Part shown: positions 1 through 9,782 of the stretch, piece after piece
How positions within the stretch are numbered: the first letter of the stretch is position 1
Layout: each line of letters begins with the position of its first letter
Notes under the pieces: generated by a model
The model's input: only the letters and a program-made list of their open reading frames with translations
Database searches by the model: none
What the model was told of the DNA's origin: nothing
Assembly (NCBI GenBank): GCA_963555755.3
Contig: OY820905.2
Coordinates: 448,001-512,000, forward strand
Origin: Nitrospirales bacterium
GTDB taxonomy: Bacteria > Nitrospirota > Nitrospiria > Nitrospirales > UBA8639
Length of the DNA: 64,000 bases
Direction: 5' to 3'
Program-made: the position numbers and the translations under genes

Positions 1-1074
1 CCTGTTCAATATATTGAAAGTAATCGCATGCCGGTTACCCTCATTCCACCCATTAACTTTTCGCCTGTTAAAGGGCCAATTGGGAGTAAGGTCGTATTAA
101 GCGGTCAAGAGTTTGGTGATGCCAAAGCGCCTGGGGATATGGTGTTGTTCAATGGAAAGGCTGCCACGATTGCACAATGGGCTGCGCGAACTATAGTGGT
201 TCATGTGCCGCTCAATGCGACGAGTGGGGTGTTCTCCCTCAAGCGTGGTGTGAAAACGAGAAATCTTGGGAATTTTGATGTTGTCGAATCGCAGGTTACT
301 GAGGTGTTCCCGCAGGAGGGCCCCATCGGGACATTGCTTCAAATTAAGGGTAAAAATTTTGGTGTCTATTCTGAATCGGGTTCGACGGCCTATGCCTTTG
401 ATTTTGAACCGGGACAAAATCGTGTGGAAATTGGCGGTGTCCCTGGTGTGATTTTTCGGTGGCAAGACAATGAAATCAATGTGTGGGTTCCCTATAGCGC
501 GAAAAGTGGACCGATTGTCATTAAACGAGGGGGCACCGTTCCCAAGGCCGATGGCACTTGTTGTGCCGATCGAGGCACGGTCACTCTTCATGTCGGAAAT
601 TTTACGGTAAAAACTCCGACCGTCACTTCCTACTCTCCCAATGAAGCCGGATTAGACGAAATCGTCACCATTAAAGGGGATGGGTTTGGTGACTTTTTAA
701 AAATTGCCGAGGCTACCCGATTGAGTTTGCATCATAGTGCGCATCAATGGAAAAACTACCAATTAGGGGCCGACGTCTCGCGGAGTGAAGTGATGATCAA
801 TGGCATGGCGGCTGTGGTGGTTTCTTGGAAAGACGATGAGATTAAGGTTCGCGTTCCTCGCCGACATGTGTTCGGGTTCGGCCATCCCGGAGGGTTTTAC
901 GAAGATCCGACTAAGGGGGAAATCGTGGTGCGGCGAGGTTCGTGGGATTTGAAGGACAACGGAACATGCTGCCAATCGAAACAATGGGTGAGTGCCGTGG
1001 CAGGACAATTCACCATTCTTCGTCGAGGCTTGCCGCATAAAGATTATTTTTACGATTACACCACGGATAATTAA
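1..1074 (+). CDS. IPT/TIG repeat protein, 5'-truncated by the window edge
   Basis: The frame is open from base 1. It has repeated IPT/TIG-like units (P..G..G..V.I.G..FG ... W.D.EI.V.VP) and two GTCC motifs. Confidence 0.75.
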   Translation, partial: PVQYIESNRMPVTLIPPINFSPVKGPIGSKVVLSGQEFGDAKAPGDMVLFNGKAATIAQWAARTIVVHVPLNATSGVFSLKRGVKTRNLGNFDVVESQVTEVFPQEGPIGTLLQIKGKNFGVYSESGSTAYAFDFEPGQNRVEIGGVPGVIFRWQDNEINVWVPYSAKSGPIVIKRGGTVPKADGTCCADRGTVTLHVGNFTVKTPTVTSYSPNEAGLDEIVTIKGDGFGDFLKIAEATRLSLHHSAHQWKNYQLGADVSRSEVMINGMAAVVVSWKDDEIKVRVPRRHVFGFGHPGGFYEDPTKGEIVVRRGSWDLKDNGTCCQSKQWVSAVAGQFTILRRGLPHKDYFYDYTTDN

Positions 1075-1090
1075 TTCCTTGAGTCTGTCA

Positions 1091-2080
1091 ATGAACCCCA
1101 AAGACATTATACGGTGTACCAAGATTTCGGTGGTTCTAGTAGGGGTTACACTAGGATTGCTTTATTCTTCCAGTGCCCTGGCTTCGGAAGTTTTCATGGC
1201 ACGCACTCTTCAAGAGAGTGGTACCAAGGTGACCTTGCTTGATACCTTTTTTCTTGACACCCAAAACGGGTGGGCTGTGGGTGCCGGCGGCATGATGCTT
1301 CGCACCGAAGATGGAGGGGGAAATTGGGAAACTATTCCCCGTCGAACGCCGGCCTTACTCATGAGTGTATATTTTTCAGACGATATGCATGGATGGGTTA
1401 TTGGGCACAATGGGACCATTCTTCATTCACAAGATGGTGGACTGAAATGGTGGCCACAAATAAGTGGTACCTCGTCACCGCTCTATGGATTATTTTTTCG
1501 AGACGAAACCCAAGGCTGGATTGTTGGGGCACGAGGAACCATCCTACATACTCAAGATGGTGGCCAATCCTGGGATGATCAGCCAAGTGGAACATCAGCG
1601 GACTTGTTTGGGGTGCAGTTTCTGGATGGGCAACAAGGGTGGGCGGTTGGAGCGCTGGGCGTCATTCTCACCACGACGGATGGTGGCAAGCATTGGGTGC
1701 AACAACTGACCGATAGTTTGACGACCTTTTTCGATATTCAGTTTGTCGACAAACAGGTTGGATGGGCTGTTGGAACCCAACGTGCTATTTTTCAAACGGT
1801 CTCGGGTGGAAAGAAATGGCTGGACAGGACTCAGCCCTGCGGATCGCCCTGCATTCGTCCCCCAGACTTTTTAAAAATTCGATTCACCGATTTTCGCACT
1901 GGATGGATTATCGGAGAACGAGGTGCGTTTCTTGTTACTAAAGATGCGGGGTTCAACTGGACCCAACCAGAATTATCTGAACCGTATTCTCTGTACGGCT
2001 TAACTTTCCCCGAACCCCACACAGGCTGGGCGGTGGGAGATCAGGGCGTCATTCTCAAATTATCTGCCCCTGGCTCCTGA
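1091..2080 (+). CDS. YCF48/BNR-repeat (Asp-box) beta-propeller secreted protein
   Basis: Seven GWAVG..G.IL.T.DGG..W-type repeats. Hydrophobic signal peptide ending in ALA after the ATG at 1091. Confidence 0.85.
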   Translation: MNPKDIIRCTKISVVLVGVTLGLLYSSSALASEVFMARTLQESGTKVTLLDTFFLDTQNGWAVGAGGMMLRTEDGGGNWETIPRRTPALLMSVYFSDDMHGWVIGHNGTILHSQDGGLKWWPQISGTSSPLYGLFFRDETQGWIVGARGTILHTQDGGQSWDDQPSGTSADLFGVQFLDGQQGWAVGALGVILTTTDGGKHWVQQLTDSLTTFFDIQFVDKQVGWAVGTQRAIFQTVSGGKKWLDRTQPCGSPCIRPPDFLKIRFTDFRTGWIIGERGAFLVTKDAGFNWTQPELSEPYSLYGLTFPEPHTGWAVGDQGVILKLSAPGS

Positions 2081-2159
2081 CTCAATTCCGATTACACCAT
2101 TAAGGCATTCTTAGATTCTTCTCAATACTAGCCCAGGGGGCAGGACACCAAAAGAAGGT

Positions 2160-2927
2160 TTAGGTCACTCCAGAATAATAACGCAAAATATCAGAAGCCG
2201 AGATGACACCCACAATCGTTTCACTTTCCTCCACTGCCAAATGACGGGTGGCCTTCTCTTTCATGAGTCGGACGGCCTCGACGATGGGATCACTACTTTC
2301 AATGGTGATGATGGGCTCGCGCATGCAAGTCATCACCCTGGTCGTGAAAGGATCCACTCCTCCTGCCACAACCTCTCGGGTCAATTCGGTCTCGGTAATG
2401 CAACCAATAAAGTGGTCTGCCCCTTTGACCAGCAGCGAGCCGATCTTCTGTTGTTGAAAGAGCAGTGCCGCGTCTTTCAGTGTCGCGTCCAAATGAATGA
2501 AGTGGACCGTTTTTGACATGTAATCGGCTACTCGTGGACCAGTCGCGGTTTTGATGCGTTCCCCCCTAACCAGGACTGTCCGGCGAGATTCAAGATCTCC
2601 AATACAAAGTTCTAGTACTCGTTGGCGTTGCCTTAGGGTTTCTCGCTCCGTGGCGTGAGCGATACCTTCCGGTGCCTCCTGCGGCAAATTGACCATCCCT
2701 GCCGCCTCCCCAATTTGGGCATAATCATAGGCATCCACCAGCGGGGAAGATCTTCCAAACACCCCGTGGATTATTTCTTCTGTTTCTAAGTCGAAGTCTA
2801 TCAAAGCCGAGCCTGAGGGTTGGTTCACCAGGAAGGGCTGGAGGGTGACAAGCCGCTTTCGCACGCGCTCGAGATCACGGTCCAAAGATGCCTCTTTTTC
2901 AGATGGAGTATGAAGCGGTTGTTGCAT
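2160..2927 (-). CDS. CBS-pair domain protein with an unknown N-terminal helical domain
   Basis: C-terminal tandem CBS motifs (VADYMSK, IGSLLV, RHLAV, VGVISASDI). GGAGGA RBS before the ATG at 2927. Confidence 0.85.
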   Translation of the reverse strand: MQQPLHTPSEKEASLDRDLERVRKRLVTLQPFLVNQPSGSALIDFDLETEEIIHGVFGRSSPLVDAYDYAQIGEAAGMVNLPQEAPEGIAHATERETLRQRQRVLELCIGDLESRRTVLVRGERIKTATGPRVADYMSKTVHFIHLDATLKDAALLFQQQKIGSLLVKGADHFIGCITETELTREVVAGGVDPFTTRVMTCMREPIITIESSDPIVEAVRLMKEKATRHLAVEESETIVGVISASDILRYYSGVT

Positions 2928-3221
2928 ATCGTCTCCTCCCATAGAATCAGAAAGGCATAATACTTCGGCAGGTACGGTCCGAGCAAGGTGCCTTCAGCGA
3001 GGCCAGGCAATCACGTTCAAAGACGAGAGCCAAAACTCATTTACCTTCTCGTGAGCCCTGTTTGTAGGGGAGGGGGAGAAAAATACGCGAACCGGTGGCC
3101 ACGCCTTTCCTGCCCCACGTAGTGTGGGTCGAGCTGCCTACAAAGATCTCTGCAGCACGCAGCGGGGTTTTCAGAGGTGCCCTTTACTCTTTTTAACTCC
3201 TCGGTCTGCTATATTCCCCTT

Positions 3222-4151
3222 ATGTCTACCCAGGATGATCCCCCCAAATCACAAGACCCGGCGGCTCCTGTCTTTCGGCCGGGAGAGTTCGTGGGCCGTG
3301 AGGGCTTAGTTCGTAATGTGGTATGGCGGTTGAAACGGCGGGAATCGTTGAGCATTTTTGGGGGGCCCAAATTAGGGAAAACATCTTTACTTCATCAACT
3401 CGCCTGGCACCTCAATCAGGGCCCCCTTCCTCCTGGCTCGACTAGACCGGCGGCAGTCTACTTTGATTTGGCCGTCGAGGCTGATTGCCAACAGCTGCGG
3501 TCTCGTTCACAGAACGGTGACGCCATTGTGCTGCTTGATAATTGTGACAGCTTGGTCGAGGGAGACAATATTTCCCTTTCAGACATCAAGCTTACTCAGG
3601 AAGGGGCCTCAGTTTTTGCCGGAGCACGGGCCTGGAAGGAATTTGAAAGGACAGAATGGATAGCGAAAAAACTCAAGCCTATCCCCTTGGCAGTTTTTTT
3701 GGAAAAAGAAGCGGAGCAAATTTTCTGTCGAAGCCTTTCAACAGCACAAAAAGCCTGTGCCCTTACTTACGGAGGGACTCACCCATTTCTGCTCAAAATA
3801 TTACAGGCTGCATTGCTGTGTGGGACCAAAGATATTCGGCCCGAACAGGTTGTGGAAGATGTAAGAAGGTCACTCTTTCCTTTTTTTCAATGCTGTGTAG
3901 ACCAAATGCGAGACCCCCTGGAGCATGAAGTGCTGACCTATTTGACTGGTGTGGCCAAACCCGTGAATCCAAAGGAGGTCGCACGGGCCGTTGGAATGTC
4001 GACTATCAAACCTATTGCGGATACCCTTTGTTCTTTGGGTTTGATCAGTCGTTGGATACGAGATGAAGAAGCCACGCTCTCAGCGAACAGTCGGCTTTTT
4101 AATGAATGGTATTTGGAAACCCTGAGGTGCCCTGATTTGACAGACACCTAA
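3222..4151 (+). CDS. P-loop ATPase (AAA/STAND-like) with probable C-terminal winged helix
   Basis: FVGRE motif, Walker A GGPKLGKT, Walker B IVLLDN, GGTHP motif and a wHTH-like C-terminus. Confidence 0.75.
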   Translation: MSTQDDPPKSQDPAAPVFRPGEFVGREGLVRNVVWRLKRRESLSIFGGPKLGKTSLLHQLAWHLNQGPLPPGSTRPAAVYFDLAVEADCQQLRSRSQNGDAIVLLDNCDSLVEGDNISLSDIKLTQEGASVFAGARAWKEFERTEWIAKKLKPIPLAVFLEKEAEQIFCRSLSTAQKACALTYGGTHPFLLKILQAALLCGTKDIRPEQVVEDVRRSLFPFFQCCVDQMRDPLEHEVLTYLTGVAKPVNPKEVARAVGMSTIKPIADTLCSLGLISRWIRDEEATLSANSRLFNEWYLETLRCPDLTDT

Positions 4152-4401
4152 AAATGAGGTCAGGATTCCCTAAGGAGGTGTCGGATGAGCCATCGGAAAC
4201 ATTGCACGCCGGATTTTCAAACGCGAAGCGGTGCAGTGATAGAAAGCGGGAACAGGCGGGATTCACAGATTGCCCGCGAACTTTTGATCAAACGCAACCA
4301 ATGACCAAAAAGGGCGTTTATGTTTCTTATTCACGGGCTCGGATCCTGTTGGAAAGGAAAATGGCTGATTACTCATCTCAACATGAAAGGAGAGCTAGTC
4401 C

Positions 4402-4782
4402 ATGGTTTCGATCACAGAAGTCATGAGTAAAGAACTCAAGAAAATTTCTTATAAAGCGTCAATTGCCGACACCGCTCAAAAAATGCGTGATGAAAAAGTT
4501 GGAGCCCTCTTCATCGAAAAAAATGGAGAACTCGTTGGCAGTGTGAGCGATAGAGAACTTGTACGAAAGGCCGTGGCCGAGAGAAAAGATTTAGAGACCA
4601 CCCCGGTGGAGAGTATCATGACGACCCCACTGAATAGCATGGACACCACCGAGACTCTTCTGGATGCGCAGAATAAAATGAGGGAGCTTGGTGTGAGGCA
4701 CCTTGCGGTGCGAGATGCAGGGACAGTCGTCGGCATTATTTCCGTAGGGGACCTCTTGGCGTATTTTACGTGGCGGACGTAG
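4402..4782 (+). CDS. Stand-alone CBS domain protein
   Basis: Two CBS repeats make up the whole 126 aa. AAGGAG RBS upstream. Confidence 0.9.
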   Translation: MVSITEVMSKELKKISYKASIADTAQKMRDEKVGALFIEKNGELVGSVSDRELVRKAVAERKDLETTPVESIMTTPLNSMDTTETLLDAQNKMRELGVRHLAVRDAGTVVGIISVGDLLAYFTWRT

Positions 4783-5076
4783 AATACGGTACCCAGGCGT
4801 GCCAAGGAAAATACCATATGTACTCCAAAAATAGGGTTGCCTAAACCAGGATGGGAGAGCAAAGCCGATTTTCTAAGATTTTCCAATAGCTGAAATTGAG
4901 GAAAAAGAGAAAAAACGTGTAGACGGGTAGAGATGGGTAGCGAAAACTCTCCCTTCATATATGGTCCTGGGTTTGGTCTTGGAGGGGGCTCCCCAAAAGG
5001 CCTCTAATATGCCATAATTCGTCCTTCAAACCGGTCACTAGCCCATCACGCATTTACGTTTATTAGGAGGTGGAAT

Positions 5077-5436
5077 GTGGGTCCTACAAAAGTCATACCC
5101 AAAGACAGTGCCCTCTACGAGGTCAAAACAGACAAACTGGTTCAAGAGGGCCTTCCAACCCGAAAGGATCAGGAGGCGTATGCTGCTAAACATTACATCG
5201 CATTGCCGGTCGTTGATAAAGCCGGGAAACCTTGGGCTCTTGATGGCCAACCGGTATACTGCTACCGGGGATCACAATACGAGACCTTCGATGATCAGAA
5301 AGTCCATTTAACCCGATGTCCTGATTGTGGCGGAATGGGAATTCGAGATGACGATAACCTAGTGGAATCAGACTGTATTCGTTGTATCCAGTGCGGGCAT
5401 GAGTTTGATACTCGCCTTGAGATGATGGAAACCTGA
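5077..5436 (+). CDS. Hypothetical protein with C-terminal zinc ribbon
   Basis: AGGAGG RBS; CPDC...CIQC motifs. Confidence 0.7.
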   Translation: MGPTKVIPKDSALYEVKTDKLVQEGLPTRKDQEAYAAKHYIALPVVDKAGKPWALDGQPVYCYRGSQYETFDDQKVHLTRCPDCGGMGIRDDDNLVESDCIRCIQCGHEFDTRLEMMET

Positions 5437-5542
5437 GGGACTAAACGGCTTTTCCACATCTCTCTTGTTCAAGCTGTCTTGCTTTTGCTATTTTAATGTA
5501 GGCAAAACGAAAAATAACGTTTAATAAAAAAGGGGACATTTA

Positions 5543-5974
5543 ATGGGAGAAACAGATACGGCCGCTCCAGCGGCTCCGGCAATACCAATGATGGATTTAA
5601 CCGCCCTTGAGGTCGATCCCGACAAGGGGGAGCGGTTCTACAAGGCGGCCCTTATTCACGCGAAACAAGGAACGACGTATCGAATGGTTTCCAAAATCCT
5701 GCAAGACGGAAAGATGGACATTGTGTACTTTGCGTGCGATCTGGAGGCGGATGGTACCATGTTCGGGAAAAGGCGCATTCGGCGGATCGAGTCCCAACCC
5801 CTGGAACGATTTGATGTGGAAATTGAAGCCATAAAAAAAGAAATAGCAGGAAATGGGGAAGAGGTCCAAGGAGTTTGGGCACATGATTTAACGGGCATTC
5901 AGGACGTGGGGGAACAATTTGCCAGCCTGGATTCTTGGGCGCTCGAAACCGCCAAAGAGATCGTGCCTTCTTAA
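5543..5974 (+). CDS. Hypothetical protein
   Basis: 143-aa ORF with AAGGGG RBS and protein-like composition. Confidence 0.7.
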   Translation: MGETDTAAPAAPAIPMMDLTALEVDPDKGERFYKAALIHAKQGTTYRMVSKILQDGKMDIVYFACDLEADGTMFGKRRIRRIESQPLERFDVEIEAIKKEIAGNGEEVQGVWAHDLTGIQDVGEQFASLDSWALETAKEIVPS

Positions 5975-5976
5975 AG

Positions 5977-6443
5977 GGGGATGTTCAAAAAGGTGCGCTC
6001 AGCAAGGCCGCAGGCACTTTGACGCGCGGAGCCTACTCATAGTACGTGAGCACGACAAAAGGCCGAGAACGCCGCTGACGCCCTTTTTCAACATTCCCTT
6101 GATTTTAGATCTCATACACTAAAGACCAAGAGCAACAGGGGATGTTCAAAAAGGTGCGCTCAGTCCTGTCCTGAGCTTGTCGAAGGAAAGGCCGCAGGTA
6201 CGTTGACGCGCGGAGCGTACTCATAGTACGTGAGCACGACAAAAGGCCGAGAACGCCGCTGACGCCCTTTTTCAACATTCCCTTGATTTTAGATCTCATA
6301 CACTAAAGACCAAGAGCAACAGGGGATGTTCAAAAAGGTGCGCTCAGCAAGGCCGCAGGCCCTTTGACGCGCGGAGCGTACTCATAGTACGTGAGCACGA
6401 CAAAGGGCCGAGAACGCCGCTGACGCCCTTTTTCAACATTCCC
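5977..6443. repeat. Tandem array of three ~122-bp palindromic MITE/REP-like units (family A)
   Basis: Units at 5977-6098, 6138-6282 and 6322-6443, each GGGATGTTCAAAAAGG...CCTTTTTCAACATTCCC, joined by identical 39-bp linkers. Confidence 0.9.
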
Positions 6444-6452
6444 TTAAAGGTT

Positions 6453-7724
6453 TTATACCCGGAACACTCCTGGGCGCGAAGGGCCGGAGGCATGTAGATT
6501 GAAGACCACGGTTAACCGCCGATGGGCTTCACGGAGCGTCGCTTCAACCTCTTCTGGTTTTTTTCTCCTGGCCACAATAAATCCAAGGTATCGTGTGCCC
6601 TCCGGCAATGGAATAAGGTGGTCACCCGGCTCCGCCGTCATGACAAGCTCCTCAACCCCAGGAACCTGTTGAGCCGCCTCCTGCCCGTCCACCCTCTCTA
6701 AGATTCCTTCTTTCGGTATAGGGATCATCATAACTCCTGTTGCACCCTCTTGGAGATCCAAGGGGGGAAGCTCCCTACGAAGGGCGTGGGACAAGATTAA
6801 TTCCTCCAGGGACATTCCTGTCCCAAACTGCAAGGTCCGAGAACATTTTCCTCCAATGCTTCGTGCTGCCACCTCAATGACCCAAACCCCCTGATCGTTG
6901 ATGCGGAGTTCGCCATGAACCGGCCCTTCTCGAAGACCAATCGCGAGCGCCGCTTGTGCGAGCGTTTCGTGTATCTGTTTTTGTAGGGCAGGTGTGAGGC
7001 GAGACGGCGTGACATAAATCGTTTCTTCAAAATAGGGGCCGTCTAGAGGATCGGGTTTATCAAACATGGCAAGGGAACGGAGTTCACCATTGGTGAGCAG
7101 TCCCTCAAGCGCGACTTCCGTACCCGGGATGAAGTCTTCTATGAGAATTTGGCGATCAGCTTCTTCTTGTCCCGGCCTCTCTAAACTCTTTAACAAATCT
7201 CGAATCCTAATAAATGCCTTGTGAAAACTCTCTGGGTCATCCGCCCGAATGACTCCACAACTGGCTGATAACGTGAGGGGTTTGAGTATGCAGGGAAAGT
7301 TCACATGCTGAACAATGTCCTCTGGTATTTCGTCGATACTGTACACGACAACATGAGGAGTGGGTAAACCATGTTTCCGTAACAACTCTCGCATCGTATG
7401 TTTGTTTCGGGCGGCACACACTGAGTCAATGGAGTTGGAAGGGAGCCCTAAGGCAGCCGAAATCCTGGAAGCCAGAACGGTGGTGTTATCATTGACGCCA
7501 AGTACCACATCAATTGGACGAGTTTTGGCAAATTCAACGGCGGCTGAAACCGCTGAAGCTGGATCGTGTAGGTCGAGGGGGAGAAACCCTCCAGAAGAAT
7601 GTCCGAGAAAGTCAGGTGCAGATTCCCCACCGACTGTAAGGGAAACGCCAACCTTGGCGGCCGCATCCAGAAAGGCTTCCCCTCGGTAACTCAATAAGGG
7701 AAGGAGAAGAAGAAGATGGGGCAT
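6453..7724 (-). CDS. ATP-grasp domain ligase
   Basis: RNKHTMRE, FPCILKP, LIEDFIPG.E, HGELR and VIEVAAR ATP-grasp motifs. Confidence 0.9.
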   Translation of the reverse strand: MPHLLLLLPLLSYRGEAFLDAAAKVGVSLTVGGESAPDFLGHSSGGFLPLDLHDPASAVSAAVEFAKTRPIDVVLGVNDNTTVLASRISAALGLPSNSIDSVCAARNKHTMRELLRKHGLPTPHVVVYSIDEIPEDIVQHVNFPCILKPLTLSASCGVIRADDPESFHKAFIRIRDLLKSLERPGQEEADRQILIEDFIPGTEVALEGLLTNGELRSLAMFDKPDPLDGPYFEETIYVTPSRLTPALQKQIHETLAQAALAIGLREGPVHGELRINDQGVWVIEVAARSIGGKCSRTLQFGTGMSLEELILSHALRRELPPLDLQEGATGVMMIPIPKEGILERVDGQEAAQQVPGVEELVMTAEPGDHLIPLPEGTRYLGFIVARRKKPEEVEATLREAHRRLTVVFNLHASGPSRPGVFRV

Positions 7725-7752
7725 GTTCAGGGCAGCCTTCAGGCAGGATCAC

Positions 7753-9354
7753 TCACTGACCAGATTCTGCCAATTTTGAGGTACACTGGACAGACCGGAA
7801 TTGGGAACTCGTCGGCTCCGCGCAACAAAACCATGGTTCGGTCATACGGGGTGGTCTTACCCGTTGAGGATTGAGTGCGACTGTCTTGTTGAGTGAAGAG
7901 AATTCGACTCCAGCGGTGTCACACACCAGTTCCCACAAACGGTAAAACGTGCTTTCCGGGTCTTCCTCAGTTTTGGCCCCTTCCTCTACAACCTTTATCA
8001 CACTCTGTTGTAACGGGTCCATGCGTGGATCAGGATGGGTCCAAATAAATTGAAAGTTCTCTTGGTCCAGCCGGTCAATCCATTCCGAAATCGGTGCGGG
8101 ATGGATCTTTGGGGGAGCCAACAGCGCCGATCCAGGAGGGACTAGGAGACGAACACTATATTGCACAGGGTCTATACAGTCGATAAGCCCATTCTGCTCG
8201 ATCAAATCGAACATCTCACGGTAGTCCTCCAACGTCGTCCAAGGCGTGAAGGCAACCAACGAGGGGCGAAGGGCGATACCGACAGACTGAAGGATGTCCT
8301 GAGCGGTGAAGGTGTCTTGACGCGTGTGCCCTTTTTCCAAATGAGAGAGCACGATTTCGCTGAAGGACTCCACAGCGGAAATAACAAAAATGCAACCAAG
8401 TTGACTGAATTCTTTGAAGAGGGTCCGGTGTTTGAGGATATGTTCAATTTTGGTGGTGAAATCGAAAGTCAAATCGGGAAACTCATCATGCATGGCTCGA
8501 ACGATGTTCAGGGCGTGGCCAGGGCCATTGAGAAAGTCTGGATCCCCCAACGTGATGTGTATTGCACCTGCCTTCACTTGTTGCCGAATATCCGCCAACA
8601 CGACTTGGGCAGGAACCAAGAAAAATCGGCCTTGATACACCGGGACAATAGGACAATGAAGACAGGTATGCAGGCACCCCCGACTGGCTTCGACATAACC
8701 AACCACACTTTCCTGTCCCTGGTATTCCAATCGAGCATATTCTTTGAGACTCGGGAGTTGTGTTCGTTGAGGGATGGGGAGGGAAGGAGATTCTAGCTGG
8801 TCACTGTCTGAAGAAGGCGAAAGCCTAAATATCCGTTTAAGGAAGGGCTGCTCAAGAGAACCGGAAACACTCACACCTTCCAATCGTATCCTAGAGACCG
8901 CATCAGTGCCTTTCTGTCCATTCCAAGACGTTTGACGATCGGCCAGTTCTTCGATGAGGTTGACTAAAGGAGTTTCATATTCTCCCCCGATCACGGAATC
9001 CGCAAGGTGATCAAGTAAAAACTTCGCGTTCAATGACGCGTAGAGCCCATAAAAACAAATATGGGCTCTTGGGTTTGTCTGACGAATTCCTTCTGCTACC
9101 CTACATCCTAAGGCTAGGGCGGTATGCATGGGAACTGAAATGCCAATGAATCCTGCTTGTTTTACAAGCGTGTTATCCAAACTTTCCACGGCCAGATCTA
9201 TTGTCGAAGGTACATATCCCCTCTCCTTAAGGAATCCCAGAGGCTGAGCCAGGCCAATGGGCTGATGTCCCAACTCATAACAAGAAATGAGGAGAATCGC
9301 CCCAGGTTGCTGTAGGGGCCAGACACTACTGATGGTTGTAGCAGAATTGTTCAT
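7753..9354 (-). CDS. CUAEP/CCAEP-tail B12-binding-type radical SAM protein (Cys form)
   Basis: N-terminal B12-binding-like domain, SRGCLHTCLHC (CxxxCxxC) and C-terminal EPWFCCAEP. Confidence 0.85.
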   Translation of the reverse strand: MNNSATTISSVWPLQQPGAILLISCYELGHQPIGLAQPLGFLKERGYVPSTIDLAVESLDNTLVKQAGFIGISVPMHTALALGCRVAEGIRQTNPRAHICFYGLYASLNAKFLLDHLADSVIGGEYETPLVNLIEELADRQTSWNGQKGTDAVSRIRLEGVSVSGSLEQPFLKRIFRLSPSSDSDQLESPSLPIPQRTQLPSLKEYARLEYQGQESVVGYVEASRGCLHTCLHCPIVPVYQGRFFLVPAQVVLADIRQQVKAGAIHITLGDPDFLNGPGHALNIVRAMHDEFPDLTFDFTTKIEHILKHRTLFKEFSQLGCIFVISAVESFSEIVLSHLEKGHTRQDTFTAQDILQSVGIALRPSLVAFTPWTTLEDYREMFDLIEQNGLIDCIDPVQYSVRLLVPPGSALLAPPKIHPAPISEWIDRLDQENFQFIWTHPDPRMDPLQQSVIKVVEEGAKTEEDPESTFYRLWELVCDTAGVEFSSLNKTVALNPQRVRPPRMTEPWFCCAEPTSSQFRSVQCTSKLAESGQ

Positions 9355-9562
9355 GCGGGCTCGCTTTATTCAAGAAATTTTTTTCTGAGGGTACGAAGGC
9401 CTTTTCAATTCGCCACGAGGTCTTTCAACAAACTCTGAAGAGGAAGGGTTTGAGGGGACACCACGTGTAACATGGAGCCATCATACCGAAAACCAGACCA
9501 GTTGGGAAAGAACCCTGTTCAGAGTGGTGTGTCAAGGCTTATTGAGGTGACGAGCTGACTTG

Positions 9563-9750
9563 CTTTACAACCTATCCATGGGCCAAGCGAGAGAAACGCC
9601 TCTATGAGAACATCGGTGATGAAGTAGGCCTACCATCAGAGAAAATCCTCTTTTTGTCTGATATGGAAGCTGAGCGAAATGTGGCGGCTGAAACAGAGTT
9701 CAAAACTACGCAGATCGGCGAGCTGGTACCACGGCAAGAGAACGGCATGT
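9563..9750 (+). pseudogene. Degraded C-terminal fragment of enolase-phosphatase E1 (MtnC-like)
   Basis: Manual translation gives AKREKRLYENIGDEVGLPSEKILFLSDMEAE, resembling the MtnC K...Y..I....G.....ILFLSD..E motif. No start codon or N-terminus. Confidence 0.55.
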
Positions 9751-9782
9751 GATAAGTCGGGAATAGGAAATTTAAAGGCTAC

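Noticed and set aside
4283..4297. FNR/CRP-like box upstream of the CBS gene
   Set aside because: Only one half-site matches (TTGAT...CGCAA); too weak.
5977..6443. Possible CRISPR array
   Set aside because: Repeats are about 122 bp, the linkers are identical rather than unique, and there are no cas genes.
7810..7835. Selenocysteine recoding in the radical SAM tail
   Set aside because: Both codons are Cys (TGT TGC); there is no in-frame TGA.
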